IMG/VR virus record: IMGVR_UViG_3300042868_003731
Coordinates: 153,967-217,966 of that record
DNA length: 64,000 nucleotides
Reading direction: 5' to 3' (one strand)
Origin: a virus
Taxonomy: Duplodnaviria; Heunggongvirae; Uroviricota; Caudoviricetes
A program made the translations under genes and the position numbers. This document shows positions 53,322 to 60,912 of the stretch, in pieces; within the stretch, counting starts at the first letter, position 1, and each line of letters starts with the position of its first letter. The notes under the pieces were generated by a model that did no database searches, was not told the origin of the DNA, and saw only the letters and a list, made by a program, of their open reading frames with translations.

Positions 53322-54287
53322 TTATTTAAGAGCAGAAACTTCAGCCTGAGTAGCTGCAAGTTCTGGATCTGGAACCAATCCATACTGTGCAAGAGCGCCA
53401 TCAGGACCTGCCATCTCATCACTCACGAAGAACTCGATGTATTCCTTCAGACCAGGAATGACGCTGAGGTGAGCGTTCTTCACGTAGAAGTAAAGTGGAC
53501 GGCTGATTGGATAGTCACCGCTTGAGATGGTTTCTACGCTTGGTGCCACGCCACTTACCGTGGCAACTTCTAGTTTATCAGTGTTGTTCTGATAGAAGCT
53601 AAGACCAAACACACCTAGCGATGTTTTATTAGCATCAAGACGAGCAAGTGTTTCTGTGTAGTCGCCATCGATGTCAACTGCTGCACCGTCAGTTCTTACT
53701 TTCACACAAGCTTTCTTTTGATCGTCATCGAGTTTCTCAACACCGAGAGCTGCTTTACAACCTTCTTCCATCACCTTTACATCGAACACTTCACGAGTGC
53801 CGTGTTTGGTACCTGGAATGTATGCAAGGATTGCTACTTCTGGAAGAGTCGAGTCGACTTCACTCCAGAGTTTTGCAGTGCTCGACTCGTGTAGAGCGCT
53901 ATAGAGTTGTTCGACTGTTAGATTATCGATATTAAGTTGATCGATGTTCGATGCAAACACGATACCGTCATAACCAATACGAACCTCAGTCACTTCACCA
54001 ATTGCTTCTTCACACTTGGCTCTTTCTTCATCCTTCATCTTTGAAGAACTATTTGCGATGTCAACAGTGTTTTCACCAACACCTTCGCAGAGCTTCTTAC
54101 GGCCTGCACCCGAACCACCACCTTCAACTACTGGCGACGGAAAATCAAAATTTTCACCAAATGCCTCTGCGACAATGGTTGCATATGGTAGTACTGTAGA
54201 CGATCCTGTTACTTGAACGTTATCTCTTGCAAACGCAGTCGTGGACGCCAAAGCAATAATTGCCGCCGCTGATAGTAAAGCTTTCAT
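53322..54287 (-). CDS. pstS: Periplasmic phosphate-binding protein PstS (PBP_like_2) with signal peptide
   Basis: Signal peptide 'MKALLSAAAIIALASTTAFA', then 'VQVTGSSTVLPYATIVAEAF' and 'GGGSGAGRKKL', the hallmarks of phosphate-binding SBPs. Confidence 0.75.
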   Translation of the reverse strand: MKALLSAAAIIALASTTAFARDNVQVTGSSTVLPYATIVAEAFGENFDFPSPVVEGGGSGAGRKKLCEGVGENTVDIANSSSKMKDEERAKCEEAIGEVTEVRIGYDGIVFASNIDQLNIDNLTVEQLYSALHESSTAKLWSEVDSTLPEVAILAYIPGTKHGTREVFDVKVMEEGCKAALGVEKLDDDQKKACVKVRTDGAAVDIDGDYTETLARLDANKTSLGVFGLSFYQNNTDKLEVATVSGVAPSVETISSGDYPISRPLYFYVKNAHLSVIPGLKEYIEFFVSDEMAGPDGALAQYGLVPDPELAATQAEVSALK

Positions 54288-54349
54288 ATAATTCTCCTTT
54301 GTTTAAATATCCCTATTCATTGGGGATATTACTATATTATATTGAAGAT

Positions 54350-54367
54350 GTAACAATCGTATAACAG
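54350..54367 (-). promoter_or_regulatory. Pho-box-like direct repeat (CTGTTAT-ACGA-TTGTTAC), 8 bp upstream of a TATAAT -10, in front of pstS
   Basis: The - strand reads CTGTTATACGATTGTTAC-ATCTTCAA-TATAAT. It matches the CTGTCAT-N4-CTGTCAT PhoB consensus at 11 of 14 positions. A leader hairpin (AATATCCC..GGGATATT) follows. Confidence 0.45.
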
Positions 54368-54388
54368 TTGGAATAAATTTTTGTAAAA

Positions 54389-55048
54389 TTAATCCCAAAG
54401 TGAAAAATAATACTTTCCAAAAAGTCGGTGGCCGTTCTTGATGCGATCGTAGTGAGCTTTCTTACCTTCTTCGTCTACCTTGAACGTATGGTTCGGGCCA
54501 TATTCCATTCTAGAGTATTTGTCGTCTTCTTTTACAAACTTCCAATCAACCTCACCAGAGTAGAATTGATCGTCACCAGTGTCGTCCTTTGCGCATTGCT
54601 CGAATGCCCAGATCATCTCGTCGAGAACCCAGTCCCAACGTGCTTCGTGGTTATCATCAATGTCCCATTCATCCCTTTTTGGTGGTGCAGCAGTGCTACG
54701 AAGATGCTCAGGAACATCCTCATCATCAACATAAGGTGCACCGTGCTTGTTCTCTTTCAGCTTCAACAGCAAAGGATGAACAAGCATTGCGATCGTATGA
54801 TCCGCACCCCAAACATCGTATCCGTCAACGTGGATCTTAACCTTGCGTTGAGCTTTGTCAAGATACTTATTGATAGTTTTGTTATAGAGAGTTTGAAGGG
54901 CACTCTCGAGTTTGTAAGTAAACTTGTCCATCCAAGTATACTTGTCTTCATCCATATCCCACCATGTCTCGGCGTACTTTCTATCCATCCAACGATCATG
55001 GACTTTAGAAATCCAACGGTAGCGATAAGGTCCTATGTATACACGCAT
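54389..55048 (-). CDS. Hypothetical Trp-rich protein
   Basis: ORF; unusual W/D/K-rich composition. Confidence 0.4.
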   Translation of the reverse strand: MRVYIGPYRYRWISKVHDRWMDRKYAETWWDMDEDKYTWMDKFTYKLESALQTLYNKTINKYLDKAQRKVKIHVDGYDVWGADHTIAMLVHPLLLKLKENKHGAPYVDDEDVPEHLRSTAAPPKRDEWDIDDNHEARWDWVLDEMIWAFEQCAKDDTGDDQFYSGEVDWKFVKEDDKYSRMEYGPNHTFKVDEEGKKAHYDRIKNGHRLFGKYYFSLWD

Positions 55049-55050
55049 CT

Positions 55051-55233
55051 TTATCCCTCGTATTTTTCTTTTAGTCGAGCAAGTTCGGCTCGTTCTTTAC
55101 GTTCTTTGTCTTTACGCAGCCATCTGATATAGATATCTTGGTCGTATGTACAATCCTTATTGCAGCATTCCCAACCGATAGGACCACAATCGGTGAGTGG
55201 CTGTTTACACCCTTCACATACTAACTCAGTCAT
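55051..55233 (-). CDS. Small Cys-rich zinc-ribbon-like protein
   Basis: CEGC...C..C...CC..C pattern in 60 aa. Confidence 0.35.
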   Translation of the reverse strand: MTELVCEGCKQPLTDCGPIGWECCNKDCTYDQDIYIRWLRKDKERKERAELARLKEKYEG

Positions 55234-55754
55234 TCGATTACCTCGTTTGGAAACTGTTCTGTTGGTACAAAAACATACTCAGGCTTTTCTGGTTGTGTCC
55301 ACGGAAACTCAATAAACACTCGGCTTTCACGACCCGTATAGTAGCTCTTATATGGTTTACCTTCGTCAATATCTGGCGATGAATACCATTCCCAAAACAC
55401 TCGACCATCCATCCAGTATGGTCGCCCATCTTCATCCTTAAAGACAGAACTGTTACGTTTGTTCTGCCACATATCTGCGCTGACTTCCGTCCACTCGTCA
55501 GATTCGCCAGTCAAAGGAGCAATAGGTTTCCATGATGCGAGCTTCTCAAACAAAGCTACTGCATACGGTGCCGACATACCGCTGTGTCCTTGTTCTGAGA
55601 ACACTTTGAGAAGCTCAAGCGTTCCTTCTGCAAGCCAACGGTTTGGTCCATCTTCTGGATCATTAATATCATATCCAGCCAGTTTAAGTTCGGCTTCCGC
55701 CCATTTCAACATGTTGCTCATTTGCTTTCCTCTATTAGATTTTTCAAGCGCCAC
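55230..55754 (-). CDS. Hypothetical protein
   Basis: ORF. Confidence 0.35.
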   Translation of the reverse strand: MALEKSNRGKQMSNMLKWAEAELKLAGYDINDPEDGPNRWLAEGTLELLKVFSEQGHSGMSAPYAVALFEKLASWKPIAPLTGESDEWTEVSADMWQNKRNSSVFKDEDGRPYWMDGRVFWEWYSSPDIDEGKPYKSYYTGRESRVFIEFPWTQPEKPEYVFVPTEQFPNEVIE

Positions 55755-55906
55755 ATAACGAAGTCATAGTCGCCATCTTCATTTTTATACATTTGGTCAT
55801 AAGCAGTTTGAAGCCCTGCGATGTATGCTTTCTTCATAAGGTCAAGCGAGTCTTCACCTGTATCAATATCCATACTGTGATAACCAAGCCATTCATACCA
55901 GTTCAT
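55718..55906 (-). CDS. Hypothetical protein
   Basis: ORF. Confidence 0.3.
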   Translation of the reverse strand: MNWYEWLGYHSMDIDTGEDSLDLMKKAYIAGLQTAYDQMYKNEDGDYDFVMWRLKNLIEESK

Positions 55907-56226
55907 TCTTTAGGCTTCTCATTATATGATTGCCAGGGAGTGTACCCTGTGGTGACAATTTTCGTGCCGTAATACGGTCTCATAAACGTAGGACAGTGAA
56001 TATCAGCACAGACATATCCCATTACTCCTCTAAACTCCATTCCACACTTTGAACATTTCACTGGAGGAGTTGGAATACCGTCACGAGGATATGGAACATG
56101 AGGAGGAATTGGATTAGGTTCATCTTTCTTAAGGAGGTGCTGAATGATCAAAGCAACATCATGCTTGATATCTTCAACATCAGACTGAATCTTCTCGATT
56201 GCCTTATTGCGTTCTTCTTTATTCAT
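55903..56226 (-). CDS. Hypothetical protein with a C-terminal CxxC...HC metal-binding-like segment
   Basis: 'CSKCGMEFRGVMGYVCADIHCPTF'. Confidence 0.35.
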   Translation of the reverse strand: MNKEERNKAIEKIQSDVEDIKHDVALIIQHLLKKDEPNPIPPHVPYPRDGIPTPPVKCSKCGMEFRGVMGYVCADIHCPTFMRPYYGTKIVTTGYTPWQSYNEKPKE

Positions 56227-56588
56227 TAGTTAATATCCTCATCTTCCCATTCTTTGGTGTATATCACATTTGAAGGTCGGTTGTACTTTTCAATCAGTGG
56301 CTTGATCTGGTCACGACGATAGCCAGCAAGACCACAACCAATAGGAGTCAGTAGAAACTCATCATCAGGATTAGCATATGCATACTTGATAAAGTCAGCG
56401 ATGTGTTGCTCAATTGCTTCAAGAGTAAGAGTCTTAAGACTAAAGTCTTTGGTGGGAATGGCATATGAACAGCCAGTCCGACCAACACCTACACCATACT
56501 CTGCGCCGTAGCGCTCGTGTGCATACTTAGCTGCCCCGGCACCGTGGCGACCAGCAAGGTTAGAACCAAAGACAAAGATCTTAGTCAT
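56226..56588 (-). CDS. Conserved hypothetical; possible macro/Rossmann-like nucleotide-binding fold
   Basis: 'IFVFGSNLAGRHGAGAAKYA' loosely resembles the macro-domain 'IVNAAN..L.GGGGVDGAI' P-loop. Low confidence. Confidence 0.3.
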   Translation of the reverse strand: MTKIFVFGSNLAGRHGAGAAKYAHERYGAEYGVGVGRTGCSYAIPTKDFSLKTLTLEAIEQHIADFIKYAYANPDDEFLLTPIGCGLAGYRRDQIKPLIEKYNRPSNVIYTKEWEDEDIN

Positions 56589-56737
56589 TTGCGTTCCTCC
56601 GCAATTCGAATTAACTCAGCCAATAGCAACAGACCAGCAGTTACTTCGGCAACCAGAAACCCTGCAGCCAATCCACCAAATGCGATGACTCGAAGCACGC
56701 TCTTGGCGTATGATAGATACAGAGTAGGTATTTTCAT
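56586..56737 (-). CDS. Unannotated small hydrophobic ORF (~50 aa, MKIPTLYLSYAKSVLRVIAFGGLAAGFLVAEV...)
   Basis: My own translation; ATGA-coupled at both ends. Confidence 0.3.
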
Positions 56738-56991
56738 TTCTGCACCGCGGTAAATCGTTTCATCCAGTCCGAATGAATTGACTTTTGACCCAAACCAGAA
56801 ACTCTGAAGTGTGTTACTCTCATAGATTTTTGATTGGTGTATTGTTCTATGTAAATTTCGCCGTTTTCATCTTCAACAAGTTCTATGGTTCTTTCTTCAA
56901 TACCATCTACGAGTGCTGGATATACTAGATTAAATGTTGGGTGTGGCCAATCCCTAGTGTCTCCGGGTTTTTCTATTAGATAGAGTTTCAT
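56734..56991 (-). CDS. Hypothetical protein
   Basis: ORF. Confidence 0.35.
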   Translation of the reverse strand: MKLYLIEKPGDTRDWPHPTFNLVYPALVDGIEERTIELVEDENGEIYIEQYTNQKSMRVTHFRVSGLGQKSIHSDWMKRFTAVQK

Positions 56992-57416
56992 TTATCATAC
57001 TCCACCATTGGGCAGACCTTAGACTTGTACGACTTATACTTTGCAACGAACAGAGAGTCTGGAACTTCTTTGTTTTGGTATTTACGCTTTTCAAAATACT
57101 CGCTGAGGAACATTCCACATACAATTATCGTACCAAACGCAAAAATTACACCAACTACGCTACCTACAACCTTAAAAGTATCCCAAGGATTTTGATAGGC
57201 AACTACACCAATAACGAAAAGGAACGATAGAATACCGGCCGTGCCGGCCGCTGCGGCCACTAAACGAAACATAGTCACTCGCCAGTATGCGCAGAAGTTA
57301 TTGTGCTTTTGCTCCCAAGTGTCTCGCATATACCATTCGTTATCACCACGTTCGTTAAAGAAGTGTTGATTCAGTTTATAGTGCCAAGAGTCACGATTTA
57401 CTTTAAATGGTTTCAT
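56988..57416 (-). CDS. Integral membrane protein (2-3 predicted TM helices)
   Basis: Hydrophobic stretches 'FRLVAAAAGTAGILSFLFVIGVVAY' and 'VVGVIFAFGTIIVCGMFL'. Confidence 0.4.
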   Translation of the reverse strand: MKPFKVNRDSWHYKLNQHFFNERGDNEWYMRDTWEQKHNNFCAYWRVTMFRLVAAAAGTAGILSFLFVIGVVAYQNPWDTFKVVGSVVGVIFAFGTIIVCGMFLSEYFEKRKYQNKEVPDSLFVAKYKSYKSKVCPMVEYDK

Positions 57417-57580
57417 TTCACACAGCTCCCACTAATATATTGCATGCCACTTTCAATGCATTGCTTCTTGAACTCTCTTGTTTGTTCTTCAGTAGTCAGA
57501 ATCATATACCCAACTCCCCACAAGAAGAAGATTGCAACAATTGCAACAAGAATCTCTACCGTATAATCAAGTAGTTTCAT
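57413..57580 (-). CDS. Unannotated small membrane ORF (~55 aa, MKLLDYTVEILVAIVAIFFLWGVGYMIL...)
   Basis: My own translation; ATGA-coupled to both neighbours. Confidence 0.3.
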   Translation of the reverse strand: MKLLDYTVEILVAIVAIFFLWGVGYMILTTEEQTREFKKQCIESGMQYISGSCVK

Positions 57581-58053
57581 AGCGAAATTTTCTCCATAAT
57601 CTTTTCAAGTTTTTTCAAAGAAGGACTATTATAGTAATTCATCTCATTACGCATTTCCATCCGCAAATCAAATAGATCTCTACGCAGTTCGCCATACACA
57701 TGTTCAATGATTGCGTGTTTCATATTCTCGACTGCATGCGTGATCACTTCACCATCTGATGCTCGAATTAGATCTTCTGCAATCCATTCATTAGTACCAA
57801 TAGTGACAATGATTGCATATTCTCTAGCAAATCTGGAGCGGTGGTCAATTGGGTCTTTGTCAAAAGTTAGCTTAATCGAATGAAGAGGTTCGAAGATATG
57901 CCGACGATTGCCGGTTTCTACAGCCTTGAGATTTTCAATTAGTTTCATTCGGTTTCCTTTACGACTTTGTCCACGGAGTAGACCAATAAAAACAGAAGAA
58001 GTATAAGTCAAGTTGAGCATGTGGTCCATCATGCCAAAACCGATTAATACCAA
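57577..58053 (-). CDS. Hypothetical protein (start probably internal)
   Basis: ORF. Confidence 0.35.
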   Translation of the reverse strand: MVLIGFGMMDHMLNLTYTSSVFIGLLRGQSRKGNRMKLIENLKAVETGNRRHIFEPLHSIKLTFDKDPIDHRSRFAREYAIIVTIGTNEWIAEDLIRASDGEVITHAVENMKHAIIEHVYGELRRDLFDLRMEMRNEMNYYNSPSLKKLEKIMEKISL

Positions 58054-58228
58054 AGATCTTCCACTTTAACTTTTTTCGTGCCTCTCTTCCAGTCTTACTA
58101 ATCCAATCCCACTTAAAATAATAGAAGTAATGGTCAGTACCAAGAGTTACATCACTCTGCCACCACTCAATACCATCCCGTTCTAGTTTGAACTTCCAAG
58201 GATACTGTTTCATTTTTCGATGATCCAA
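57959..58228 (-). CDS. Hypothetical Trp-rich protein
   Basis: ORF; overlaps its neighbour, so the start is uncertain. Confidence 0.3.
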   Translation of the reverse strand: MDHRKMKQYPWKFKLERDGIEWWQSDVTLGTDHYFYYFKWDWISKTGREARKKLKWKIFGINRFWHDGPHAQLDLYFFCFYWSTPWTKS

Positions 58229-58539
58229 TCCATATTCATCCAGTCCGTATCTTCTGGCATCATTTCAACTTCGCCTCCATATTCATCTTGTAGCCGCGAC
58301 CAGATATGAGCATTGTTCATACGAAGGCAATACGAAGTCTTGCGGCACTGGTAGCAAGAACCAGTGGAACCATAGAAGTTGAAGCAGTGTTTGTCCTCGG
58401 TGACTCGAACAATACCACTGTTCATACGCCAAGAGTCACCAGTGGTGTAACCGCCGGACCAACCAGCAAGAACACGATAGTGAGGATCATCACCTTTGAA
58501 TTTGATCACGACCCAGTTATCAGGAAAATAGTTTCTCAT
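58210..58539 (-). CDS. Hypothetical protein
   Basis: ORF; contains a CYQC pair. Confidence 0.35.
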   Translation of the reverse strand: MRNYFPDNWVVIKFKGDDPHYRVLAGWSGGYTTGDSWRMNSGIVRVTEDKHCFNFYGSTGSCYQCRKTSYCLRMNNAHIWSRLQDEYGGEVEMMPEDTDWMNMDWIIEK

Positions 58540-58826
58540 TAATAGTTCCTTGGCAACTCGATGTTACGAATCATATCCAGCATCTTGTCTTTCGCCTTGC
58601 GGAACGTGTCTTGAGCCCAGTGAATCGTGTTTTCCCAGTCAGTCACTTCTTCAATCATTTTATCAAGGATTTCTTTCGTCTCAAAACCATCAGTACCAAC
58701 TTCTCTGATGCGGTTGAGAGCATTTTCCTTGATCTTTTTAATCTCATTCTGAGCCTTCGTGTAGTCACGGGCAGCTTGTTCGAGTTCAAACGTAAGACGT
58801 TCAAAATTACGATTGTCGATCATCAT
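58539..58826 (-). CDS. Hypothetical protein
   Basis: ORF. Confidence 0.35.
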   Translation of the reverse strand: MMIDNRNFERLTFELEQAARDYTKAQNEIKKIKENALNRIREVGTDGFETKEILDKMIEEVTDWENTIHWAQDTFRKAKDKMLDMIRNIELPRNY

Positions 58827-58986
58827 TTAGCATCCTTTACTTTAATATTGCCGCAGTGATCGCACTGCAACGTATAGCGATCACACGACCCTTTTGAAAA
58901 GTCGGTTTCATAATCAACTCTAAGTTTATCAATGATCTTCCACTTATGGATATGACCAAAGAAGAGTAGTTGAATTAGACGAATCA
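58825..58986 (-). CDS. Unannotated small Cys/His ORF (~54 aa, ...CDRYTLQCDHCGN...)
   Basis: My own translation; ATGA-coupled on both sides. Confidence 0.3.
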
Positions 58987-59376
58987 TTCCTTCACCTCAT
59001 ATACTGGAATTCCAGCTTTCTTTCCTTGTCGAATCATATCAGCGGTACCTTTACCACCTCTAAAAGCTATTATAACATGCGGTTGCCCAGATGTCAACAT
59101 TAATTTATTGCGAATTGGTCCTGCAGATCTTCCATGATTTGCCCAGTCTGCAGGAAATGATAGAACCTTAAGCGATCTCTCTCTTGCGTATTGATCTGCG
59201 AGAAGATCCGCCCCTCGTGCGTTTCCATGAATGATGACCAGAACTTTTTCTGCATTCCGGACTCCTTCATGTACTGCGTCAAGTACTCTTCTAAGTCGAA
59301 CGGAGTCTGAATAGTCTCTGCCTCCGCAGACGAGGACTCGGAACTCATCACCATCCATCCTTGAAATTGACTCCAC
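58984..59376 (-). CDS. SLOG-superfamily protein (DUF2493/YspA-like Rossmann nucleotide-binding domain)
   Basis: 'VLVCGGRDYSD', 'IIHGNARGADLLADQYA' and 'VIIAFRGGKGTADMI' give the GG.....GAD...A / GG.GT pattern of DprA/LOG/SLOG-type domains. Confidence 0.45.
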   Translation of the reverse strand: MESISRMDGDEFRVLVCGGRDYSDSVRLRRVLDAVHEGVRNAEKVLVIIHGNARGADLLADQYARERSLKVLSFPADWANHGRSAGPIRNKLMLTSGQPHVIIAFRGGKGTADMIRQGKKAGIPVYEVKE

Positions 59377-59593
59377 GAATGAGTATTTCGATTAGTTTAT
59401 CAATCTTATTGTTCACGTCGTCAACGTCGGTCACTCGCGTAAAACGAATATCATTCAATTCGTCAAGCAGATTTGATACTTGTGCGTTATGTCTTGCGAC
59501 CATCATAGGAACTTCTTTATCGGTTCCTTGCTTACGCCATTGCTTAACCTGTTCTACAGTGACAGGAGTATGTCCAATAATACTATACATCAT
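59348..59593 (-). CDS. Hypothetical protein
   Basis: ORF. Confidence 0.35.
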   Translation of the reverse strand: MMYSIIGHTPVTVEQVKQWRKQGTDKEVPMMVARHNAQVSNLLDELNDIRFTRVTDVDDVNNKIDKLIEILIRGVNFKDGW

Positions 59594-59594
59594 C

Positions 59595-59798
59595 TCAGTA
59601 CCCTTGCTTGATCAAGAAGTTCTTCATAGCTGTAGCTTCTTCTGCAGTCATAGTAAAGCTGGCTCGTTGACTATCCCAACCGTTGTCTTCATTCGTAGTG
59701 ATCATAATATCACCACCCGCAAACACATAGGCTTCTACGCTGCGGCCACCACCAGAGACTTCAAAACTACGATCATCTTCAAAAACACGATCAGTCAT
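59595..59798 (-). CDS. Hypothetical protein
   Basis: First ORF after the cassette remnant at 59808. Confidence 0.35.
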   Translation of the reverse strand: MTDRVFEDDRSFEVSGGGRSVEAYVFAGGDIMITTNEDNGWDSQRASFTMTAEEATAMKNFLIKQGY

Positions 59799-59807
59799 GA
59801 TAGGTTC

Positions 59808-59850
59808 CTCTCGTTCCTTATAGAATCAGTATAAACCATTTCGCAACGAA
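59808..59850 (-). promoter_or_regulatory. Rearranged or degenerate cassette remnant (TTTACA -35; the TAGAATCAGTATA core on the opposite orientation)
   Basis: Shares ACGAATGTAAAC and TAGAATCAGTATA blocks with the other copies, but the arrangement differs. Confidence 0.3.
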
Positions 59851-59863
59851 TGTAAACAACTTT

Positions 59864-60514
59864 TTAGAGTTCAACGTCCACGTGATCGTATATTCCTATA
59901 CAATGAAACAGGGTTCTTCCAGATTTATATTGCATCGTATTGTGCCAATGACCAAAATACCAACTTTCCGGTTGATGAAGCTCGAATAGTTTCTGCAAGA
60001 AGTCGCCAGTTCGAGTGTTGTATCGAGGTCCTTTTAGAAATCCGGTGTTCCAGAACATTTCAGTGGCGATGTTATGCGGGCAGTCGTGAGTAATCATAAT
60101 CCGAGGCTTGACTGCCAGATATGTATCTAACATCAAGTCAAACTGTTCATCCGAACACTCTTCGTCTTCCCACCAGTCAAGATCCTTAGTACGTTTGTAC
60201 CAGCCAGGAGGAGCATCAGGGTTATCAATGCTCCATGCACCACCGATGAACATCACATCGTTCTCTACAGTGCCGTCCTTGATCCAGCCAACCATCTCTT
60301 TGCACTTAGCAGGGTTGTCGTGGTTGCCACGGATGAAGCGGTGAGTGCCATCAGAATGAAAGCTATTGATACTCTCGTGCCAATAGTCCGACTGACCAAA
60401 GCCTACGCCAAAGTCACCGATCTGAATCGTAGGACCTTCGAAATTATTAATGCCATATACTTTGTATTCAGCCATCTGGCCGTGGATATCGCCAATCAGT
60501 CGTGTAAGTGTCAT
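59864..60514 (-). CDS. Calcineurin-like metallophosphoesterase (Ser/Thr phosphatase or nucleotide phosphodiesterase fold)
   Basis: 'LIGDIHGQ', 'IGDFGV', 'RGNHD' and 'GHWH' match the conserved metallophosphoesterase motif series. Confidence 0.7.
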   Translation of the reverse strand: MTLTRLIGDIHGQMAEYKVYGINNFEGPTIQIGDFGVGFGQSDYWHESINSFHSDGTHRFIRGNHDNPAKCKEMVGWIKDGTVENDVMFIGGAWSIDNPDAPPGWYKRTKDLDWWEDEECSDEQFDLMLDTYLAVKPRIMITHDCPHNIATEMFWNTGFLKGPRYNTRTGDFLQKLFELHQPESWYFGHWHNTMQYKSGRTLFHCIGIYDHVDVEL

Positions 60515-60726
60515 CGTTTCCTCATCTTCTCATAAATGTGGTAGCCCATCGTTCCAGGCGCATGGGTTGAAAACGTTGCTAGGATAAAGTCAACCTCTTC
60601 TGGAATCAAATCACCAGGAACAAACTCATCATCTTCAACGACTCGATACCCACGATCTTCGATTTCATCGATCAAGTCATCGTCATCGAATTCTCTTAGG
60701 CTTATGTCAATTGTTGCGTATGCCAT
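60511..60726 (-). CDS. Hypothetical acidic protein
   Basis: ORF. Confidence 0.35.
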   Translation of the reverse strand: MAYATIDISLREFDDDDLIDEIEDRGYRVVEDDEFVPGDLIPEEVDFILATFSTHAPGTMGYHIYEKMRKR

Positions 60727-60912
60727 CTTACACCTTTATCTGGTTAATCTTTTCTTCGATAACATCGAGACGACGCAACACGTCTTCGAACAACTCAGCA
60801 ATCGTCGGCTCTTGTTCATGGATTGCCATAGGTTCGTACTGCTGAGTGTTCATATTATCACCTTCAACCCACATGATGTCTTTCAGTTTTTTGATATACA
60901 TGTCTCTTCTCC

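Noticed and set aside
54428-55132. 234-aa + strand ORF and 54589..54840
   Set aside because: Antisense to the Trp-rich - strand gene. It has no start context and a low-complexity product.
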